A stretch of DNA of 64,000 nucleotides, from contig JAYNQW010000014.1 of NCBI GenBank assembly GCA_038114465.1, forward strand, positions 13,453-77,452, given 5' to 3'. Source of the DNA: Rhodospirillaceae bacterium (GTDB lineage: Bacteria > Pseudomonadota > Alphaproteobacteria > Rhodospirillales > CALINB01). Shown piece after piece: positions 34,389 to 39,901 of this stretch; position 1 is the stretch's first letter; every line of letters begins with the position of its first letter. A program made the translations under genes and the position numbers. The notes below the pieces were generated by a model. It saw nothing but the letters and a program-made list of their open reading frames with translations. It was not told where the DNA came from and made no database searches.

Positions 34389-35651
34389 ATGGCGCGCTTG
34401 AAAGACATCCCCGAAGGCGAACGCGATATGTTGCAACGCTTGCCGTTGCCGCAATTCGACAGCACCCCGTTCGTAAAAGGACCGGTGCTGGCAAAGCGCC
34501 GGGTTTCGATCGTTTCGACGGCGGCCCTGCAAAAGCGCAACGACAAGCTCTTTTATAAAGGCGAAGCCAGTTATCGGGTTATCCCGGGCGATACCGATCC
34601 AAACGACATCATCATGGCGCACACCTCGGTCAACTTCGACCGTTCCGGCTTTCAACAGGACCTGAATATTTGTTTTCCCTTGCAACGCCTCCATGAGCTC
34701 GTCGATGAAGGCTTGATCGGCTCGGTCGCGGATTATCATTACACCGTGATGGGCGGCGTCGAGCCCGAGCGCAACGAAGACACCGCGCGCCAAATCGCCG
34801 CCATGATGAAACGCGAAGGCGTCGATACGGTTCTCCTGGTGCCGATCTGACCGAAATGCACGCGCGCCGTCGGCGGGCTGGCCCATTACTTCGAACAGGA
34901 AGGTCTTTCTACCACGCAAATCAGCCTGATCCGCGAACACAGCGAGGCGATTAAGCCGCCGCGCGCGCTGTGGGTGCCGTACGAGCTCGGCCGTCCGCTG
35001 GGCAAACCCAACGACAAAGATTTTCAAAACCGGGTCCTTCGAGCCTGTCTAGAACTGTTGAGTGCTGACAGCGGCCCCGTGCTCGAGGATTATCCAGAAG
35101 ACGTCCCCGCCGAAGCCGCAAACGATGACATGACCGGGATGGTCTGCCCGATTGATCTACCTGCACCGCCGTCGGACGACAGCGAATTGGTGCAAAATCT
35201 TTTGACGGAGATCGGGCAAATCGCGCCCTGGTATCAGATCGCCGTGCAGGAACGTGGGCGCACCACGGTCGGCATCAGCACGCTCGACATCGAAGACGCC
35301 GCGCGTTTCCTGGTCGATTTTATCGAAGACCCGACAACCACAAGCATCGTCGAAAAATTCAAAACCGGGCCGTTGCTCAAATTCGTCTGTGAAGACCTTA
35401 AGGCGTTTTATTCCGAAGCGATGTCGGCGCAACCAGGCATGTCGTCGAGCCTCGCAGTCGAGAACTGGCTGTGGAACGACACCGTGCTCGGCAAAACGCT
35501 TTGGAAGTTCCGCGACGAGAACCTCGATCACCCGGATGCCTACACGCAGTATTTTGCGCGCCGCTCGCTCATACCGGATCGGCAAATTCATTTCAAAGGC
35601 GCGGCGCACTTCGAAACATTGCAACCGCTCGATAAACAGAGCGCGTCTTAA
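34389..35651 (+). CDS. GrdB/PrdB-family (glycine/sarcosine/betaine/D-proline reductase component B-like) putative selenoprotein; in-frame TGA at 34848-34850 read as Sec (U-P-K-C)
   Basis: ORFs 34353..34850 and 34974..35651 share one frame and are separated only by a single TGA, with no other stop between them. The joined sequence GVDTVLLVPI-U-PKCTRAVGG...PPRALWVPYELGRPLGKP parallels, from memory, the clostridial GrdB region VDAVILTST-U-GTCTRCGA...GANRIVP..IPHPLGNP. The start could be the ATG at 34389 or the GTG at 34353. Confidence 0.7.
34858..34882 (+). promoter_or_regulatory. Candidate bacterial SECIS-like hairpin downstream of the UGA
   Basis: A hand-folded imperfect GC-rich hairpin has the core CGCC-GUC-GGCG (34865-34875). 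Flanking pairs are interrupted by one G.G mismatch and bulges. The apical loop sits about 19 nt after the UGA. No folding calculation was run. Confidence 0.3.
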
Positions 35652-35677
35652 CGTAATTTAATTTACTAAATTTATTT

Positions 35678-35941
35678 CTACGGGTTCGTCTTCGGTGAGA
35701 TTTCGCCGTCGGCTTTTAACTTCCACCACATCCTGAGGCATTGTGTGCGGGTGGGATTCACAACTCCGTCAAGCAGGAACTTCGCTTTGACTTGTCCTTG
35801 TACGACAATGGTTGGCAAACCTGTTTGTTTGCTTAAGTCTTTTTCCATCCAGATGCACGGACTAAAGCTCTCGTAGCGGTAATAGGTCGCCGCCGAGCCG
35901 AAGATTAAAATACCAACGATGATAATAGCTGCCGTCTTCAT
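35678..35941 (-). CDS. Small membrane-anchored hypothetical protein with two Cys
   Basis: 87 aa with an N-terminal TM or signal anchor (MKTAAIIIVGILIFGSAATYY) and Cys at positions 29 and 68. Its ATG lies 3 nt after the stop of the upstream DsbA-like gene. Confidence 0.5.
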   Translation of the reverse strand: MKTAAIIIVGILIFGSAATYYRYESFSPCIWMEKDLSKQTGLPTIVVQGQVKAKFLLDGVVNPTRTQCLRMWWKLKADGEISPKTNP

Positions 35942-35944
35942 TAA

Positions 35945-36580
35945 TTATTCTTGTTGTTCTTTCTCTTTCGCTTTTTCCATCACGGCTTGCACGAATTGCT
36001 CGAGGTTCTCATAAGGCTGCGCGCCGACGAGGCCGTAACCTTGGGCAACGAATGTCGGTACGCCGGTTACGCCGTAATCGCGCGATTTCTGCCAATCGGC
36101 GTCGACGGCACTTTTATACGTCCTTTCATCGACAACTTCTCTGGCTTGATCGACCAGCAAGCCGACCGACTTAACGATCTCCATTAAAATTTCGACGTCG
36201 GCGATGTTTTTGTTATCGACGAAATATGCCCGAAATAAGGCATCGTGCAGGGTCTCACCATTTTCCTGGGTATCGGCCCAAACGCCGAGTTCCTGGGCGA
36301 GTCGGCTGTTATAGGTATGCGTCCGATACCCATATGGCAGGCCTTCGGCGTCCATCTGCGCCTTCATTTCGGCATTTTTTTGATCGATATCCCAGCCACG
36401 GGCGGCATAAAACTCTTTCATCCCCCGGCCCTCCTGCGGCGTGTCGGGATGAAGTGGAAAATGCACCCACTTGGTTTTAATGTCGAACGACTTTTTGAGT
36501 TTTTCTATACGCCCGGTACAGAGATAACACCACGGTCAGACGTAATCGGAAAAAATCTCCACGGTAATCGGTTCGCTCAT
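35945..36580 (-). CDS. DsbA/FrnE-like thiol:disulfide oxidoreductase, putative selenoprotein; in-frame TGA at 36536-36538 (minus strand) read as Sec (U-P-W-C)
   Basis: The listed ORF 35945..36466 lacks the thioredoxin-fold N-terminus and active site. Extending it upstream in frame gives MSEPITVEIFSDYV-U-PWCYLCTGRIEKLKKSFDIKTKW-VHFPL... with the ATG at 36580. The UGA falls exactly where the first Cys of the family's F.D..CPWCY CxxC motif would be. Confidence 0.75.
36512..36535 (-). promoter_or_regulatory. Candidate SECIS-like hairpin downstream of the UGA (weak)
   Basis: A hand-folded minus-strand stem CC(g)UGGUGU / GUACCGGG has several G-U pairs and a 7-nt loop UAUCUCU directly after the UGA. 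The loop has no G, so the match to the bacterial SECIS model is poor. Confidence 0.2.
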
Positions 36581-36592
36581 TTTTAACCCTTC

Positions 36593-37381
36593 TTATTCAA
36601 AGCGAATTGAAATCGGTTCGAGTTCAGAGAAACGAGCTTCGAACGTATCGCCCGCCTTAATCGGTGTCAGCCCCGTCATGGAACCGCTGATGATAATCGC
36701 ACCGGCGGCAATGCCTTGGCCTGTTTTTGCAAGCTTATTAGCAAGCCATACTAGCGAGTTAACCGGGTTATCCATCACCACCGAACTGTTGGCTTCGACT
36801 TTAACCTCGCCATTATGCAAAAACGTGCAATCGATATTCCCCAAATCAATGTCCTTGTTGAACGGCCGGACCATGCCCGTCACGTAACCTGCTTGAACGC
36901 CGTTATCGCAAATCATCTCCGGAAATCCGACTTTCCAATTTTGGGTTCGCGCATCGACGATCTCGAACATGCCGAGCACGCCGTCGATGGCATCAAGCGC
37001 GCTTTCGAGCGTTACGCCGGGACCGTCGAGGTCCCTGCCGAGCCTTAAGCCGATTTCGCATTCTATTTTTGGGTCGATCAGTGTCGCGCAATCGATCGAT
37101 CGTCCGGAAACCGTGCGTCCGGCGCCGAAGGTGTGACCGTATACCGGCTCATCAACACCAAAACGTGCCTGCGACTCCGCACCCGTCGCCCCGACCTTGA
37201 AACCGGCGACCTTGCCGCCGGCGGACACTTTTTTAGCGACATAAACATCTTGTGCCGCGTAACAATCTTCAACCGAAAGGCCGTCGAATTCCGAGGAAAT
37301 CGGCGCAATCGGTTGGCGTGATGTTTCGGCTTCGAGAAACCGCTCGGCAATAGTATCGAGTGTGGATGGATCGGCGGACAT
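36593..37381 (-). CDS. 2-keto-4-pentenoate hydratase / 2-oxohepta-3-ene-1,7-dioate hydratase family protein (MhpD/HpcG-like)
   Basis: 262 aa with AGFKVGATG...PVYGH...IECEIG motifs typical of MhpD-like FAH-fold hydratases and decarboxylases. Confidence 0.75.
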   Translation of the reverse strand: MSADPSTLDTIAERFLEAETSRQPIAPISSEFDGLSVEDCYAAQDVYVAKKVSAGGKVAGFKVGATGAESQARFGVDEPVYGHTFGAGRTVSGRSIDCATLIDPKIECEIGLRLGRDLDGPGVTLESALDAIDGVLGMFEIVDARTQNWKVGFPEMICDNGVQAGYVTGMVRPFNKDIDLGNIDCTFLHNGEVKVEANSSVVMDNPVNSLVWLANKLAKTGQGIAAGAIIISGSMTGLTPIKAGDTFEARFSELEPISIRFE

Positions 37382-37426
37382 GCGTGATCTTCCTGACTAA
37401 CGTTTTGCTATGAAGGTCCTAACGGC

Positions 37427-39811
37427 TCAACGCAGCCGTTGCAAGCTCGCTTGCGCAGCGGCTTCGACGATGGCGTCCGTATCAATCCGGTAATGATGAT
37501 AAAGATCGGGGACATCGCCGCATTGACCGAACTTTTCGACCCCCAAGGGTACGACGTGGTACCCGCCGGTCGCGCCGAGCCAATCAAGCGTTGCGGGATG
37601 GGCGTCCAACACCGTCACCAGAGAAGCATCGGGTGCGATAACCGACAATATGCGTTCGATGTGCGCGCTGGCGTTTTGATCGCCCGCCTGGCGTGCTTTC
37701 GATGCCGCCGTCCATCCTTTGTGCAACCGGTCGGCGGATGTGATGTTCAACAACCCGGCACCGGGAACATCTTCGATAACTGTTTCATAAGCCTCAATCG
37801 CCTCGGGTGCGACGGGCCCTGAAAACGCAATGACAAGCTCGCCGCCCGGCGCCGGTTCACGCAGCCAATAAGCGCCGGCGAGAATGTTTTCTCGCAACTC
37901 GACGTTCATGTCCCGTTGCGGCTGATCAATAGGCCGGGTCACCAGACGCAGGCAAACCGACGCCCCTTCCGGTTTTTGCATGTGCTCGAACCCCCAGGCC
38001 ATCATGACGGCCACTTCATCGGCGAAGGCCGGTTCGAACGCTTCCAACCCGTCCTGGCCCATGGTGATGAGGTTCGTATAATTCGATTGATGCGCGCCCC
38101 CTTCTGGCGCGAGCGCCAAGCCCGACGGAGTCAGGATCAGCATAAACCGCGAGTCTTGGTAGCACGCGTAATTCAGTGCATCCAAACCGCGGCCGATAAA
38201 AATATCATAGAGTGTGCCGATGGGCAGCAGACGCGCGCCGAAGAGATGCTCGGACACACCAAGCTCGGCCAACAGCGTAAAAAAGTTGTTTTCCGCGATA
38301 CCCAATTCGATGTGCTGACCGCTCGGCGATTTTTCCCATTTCTGCGGCGACGGCACCTGTTCGTTGCGAAAAGCATCCGGTTCCTCTCGACGATGAAAAA
38401 CACCTTTACGGTTAACCCAGCCACCGAGGCTGGTCGAGACCGTCACGTCTGGTGATGTCGTCACAATGCGTTTCGTAAACTCGTTATCCTGACGGCCAAG
38501 TTCGGTCATAATCCGCCCAAAGGTTTCCTGCGTCGAAAGCTTCGCTCCTTCTGGGGTTTCTATCCCCTTTGCCGGAATTACCGGTGCCCAGGAAACTTCC
38601 TTCTTGCGGGTTCGTTCGCGTAAACGCTCGATAATGCCGTCGAACTCATCATCGGTCATTTCAAGGCCCGCCAAGGGATCCCACTCCTGCCCCTTGGGAA
38701 TTTTCAGCGACTCGCGGAACTGATCGATTTGCTGATCGGTCATCAACCCAGCGTGGTTATCCTTGTGACCCGCAAACGGCAGCCGGTGACCTTTAATCGT
38801 ATAAGCAACAAAACAATGCGGCGCTTCACTATCGACGCTGTGAAATGCTTCAAGCAAGGTTTCCATGTCATGGCCGCCGAGGTTCGTCATTAAGGCATGC
38901 AATGCCGCATCGCTATGACTATCGAGCAGTTCCTTGAGACCACTGGTCCCTTTCAAGTCATGGGATAAATGCTCGCGCCAGGATCGCTCGCCCTGAAACG
39001 AAATCGCCGAATACAGCATGTTCGGACAGGTTTCGATCCATTGACGTAACGCTTCACCGGCAGGCCCTTCAAAGGCTGCTTCGAGGAGCTTGCCGTACTT
39101 CAGAACCTTGACTTCCCAGCCGACGGTGCCGAAAAAGTCGTGAATGCGTTGCGACAGATAATCGTGTACGACACCATCGAGGCTTTGGCGGTTGTAATCG
39201 ATAATCCACCACGTATTGCGGATGTCATGCTTCCAGCCTTCCAGCAAAGCTTCGAAAATGTTGCCTTCATCGAGTTCCGCATCGCCGGCGACGGTAATCA
39301 GCCGGCCCATTTCATTCTCGGGCGGGACGAGTTTCTGCAAATGAACATAATCTTGCGCCAAGGACGCGAATAGCGTCGCGGCGACAGGAAGCCCCATCGA
39401 GCCGCCGGAGAAATCGACCGCGAACTTATCTTTCGTGCGCGATGGATACGATTGCACGCCGCCGAAGGCGCGAAAGCTTTCCAAATCTTGTTGCGTCAAT
39501 TCGCCCATCAAATAAAGCAACGAATGCAATGTCGGGGCACCGTGGGGTTTCAGCGCCACGCGGTCCTTCGGTTTGAGGACGTCCATCAATAACGCCGTAT
39601 GGATCGTATTGGCCGAAGCGACTGAGGACTGGTGGGCACCGACTTTCAAACCGTCCCGCTTCGGGCGGATGTTATTGGCGTGGTGGATCATCCAGCACGC
39701 CAACCACAGTAACTTTTGCTCGAAGGCCTGAAGCTCGGCAACCGTCTGCGGTGTGACCAAGTTCCCTTTGGCCCCAGCTTTAACCGGAAACGGTGTAATG
39801 GATGCGTTCAT
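37427..39811 (-). CDS. AceE-like ThDP-dependent enzyme (homodimeric pyruvate dehydrogenase E1 / transketolase-like), divergent and short
   Basis: 794 aa. The N-terminal region (HHAN...GAHQSS.AS...HGAPTLHSLLYLMGELTQQDLESFR..GG.QSYPS...FSGGSMGLP) parallels the AceE ThDP-binding region. The central and C-terminal parts are transketolase-like. Confidence 0.65.
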   Translation of the reverse strand: MNASITPFPVKAGAKGNLVTPQTVAELQAFEQKLLWLACWMIHHANNIRPKRDGLKVGAHQSSVASANTIHTALLMDVLKPKDRVALKPHGAPTLHSLLYLMGELTQQDLESFRAFGGVQSYPSRTKDKFAVDFSGGSMGLPVAATLFASLAQDYVHLQKLVPPENEMGRLITVAGDAELDEGNIFEALLEGWKHDIRNTWWIIDYNRQSLDGVVHDYLSQRIHDFFGTVGWEVKVLKYGKLLEAAFEGPAGEALRQWIETCPNMLYSAISFQGERSWREHLSHDLKGTSGLKELLDSHSDAALHALMTNLGGHDMETLLEAFHSVDSEAPHCFVAYTIKGHRLPFAGHKDNHAGLMTDQQIDQFRESLKIPKGQEWDPLAGLEMTDDEFDGIIERLRERTRKKEVSWAPVIPAKGIETPEGAKLSTQETFGRIMTELGRQDNEFTKRIVTTSPDVTVSTSLGGWVNRKGVFHRREEPDAFRNEQVPSPQKWEKSPSGQHIELGIAENNFFTLLAELGVSEHLFGARLLPIGTLYDIFIGRGLDALNYACYQDSRFMLILTPSGLALAPEGGAHQSNYTNLITMGQDGLEAFEPAFADEVAVMMAWGFEHMQKPEGASVCLRLVTRPIDQPQRDMNVELRENILAGAYWLREPAPGGELVIAFSGPVAPEAIEAYETVIEDVPGAGLLNITSADRLHKGWTAASKARQAGDQNASAHIERILSVIAPDASLVTVLDAHPATLDWLGATGGYHVVPLGVEKFGQCGDVPDLYHHYRIDTDAIVEAAAQASLQRLR

Positions 39812-39901
39812 CGAATTCCCTATTCGGAATCACATTTTACCCGAATTTCAGAGCCAACAGAATTAGGTTGTAACTATCTGAAAATATTAGAATAAAGGTA
39901 A

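Noticed and set aside
34314-35027. 237-aa minus-strand ORF antisense to the GrdB-like gene; also 35157..35624 (-) and 35254..35661 (+)
   Set aside because: These are shadow ORFs in a GC-rich coding region. Their composition is Arg/Ala/Gly-rich and low in complexity, with no recognisable family, and they lie fully inside a well-supported gene.
34974-35651. ORF-track entry treated as an independent 225-aa gene starting at the GTG at 34974
   Set aside because: The frame is open all the way back to the TGA at 34848-34850 and is continuous with ORF 34353..34850. GrdB-family similarity spans the junction (…VPI-U-PKCTR…PPRALWVPYELGRPLG…), so the GTG is an internal Val codon.
34848-36538. Reading the two TGA-interrupted genes as pseudogenes (nonsense mutations)
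   Set aside because: Each TGA coincides exactly with the first redox residue of a UxxC/CxxC active site in its family. Both genes are otherwise intact, with no further stops or frameshifts. This remains the formal alternative if the genome lacks the selABCD genes.
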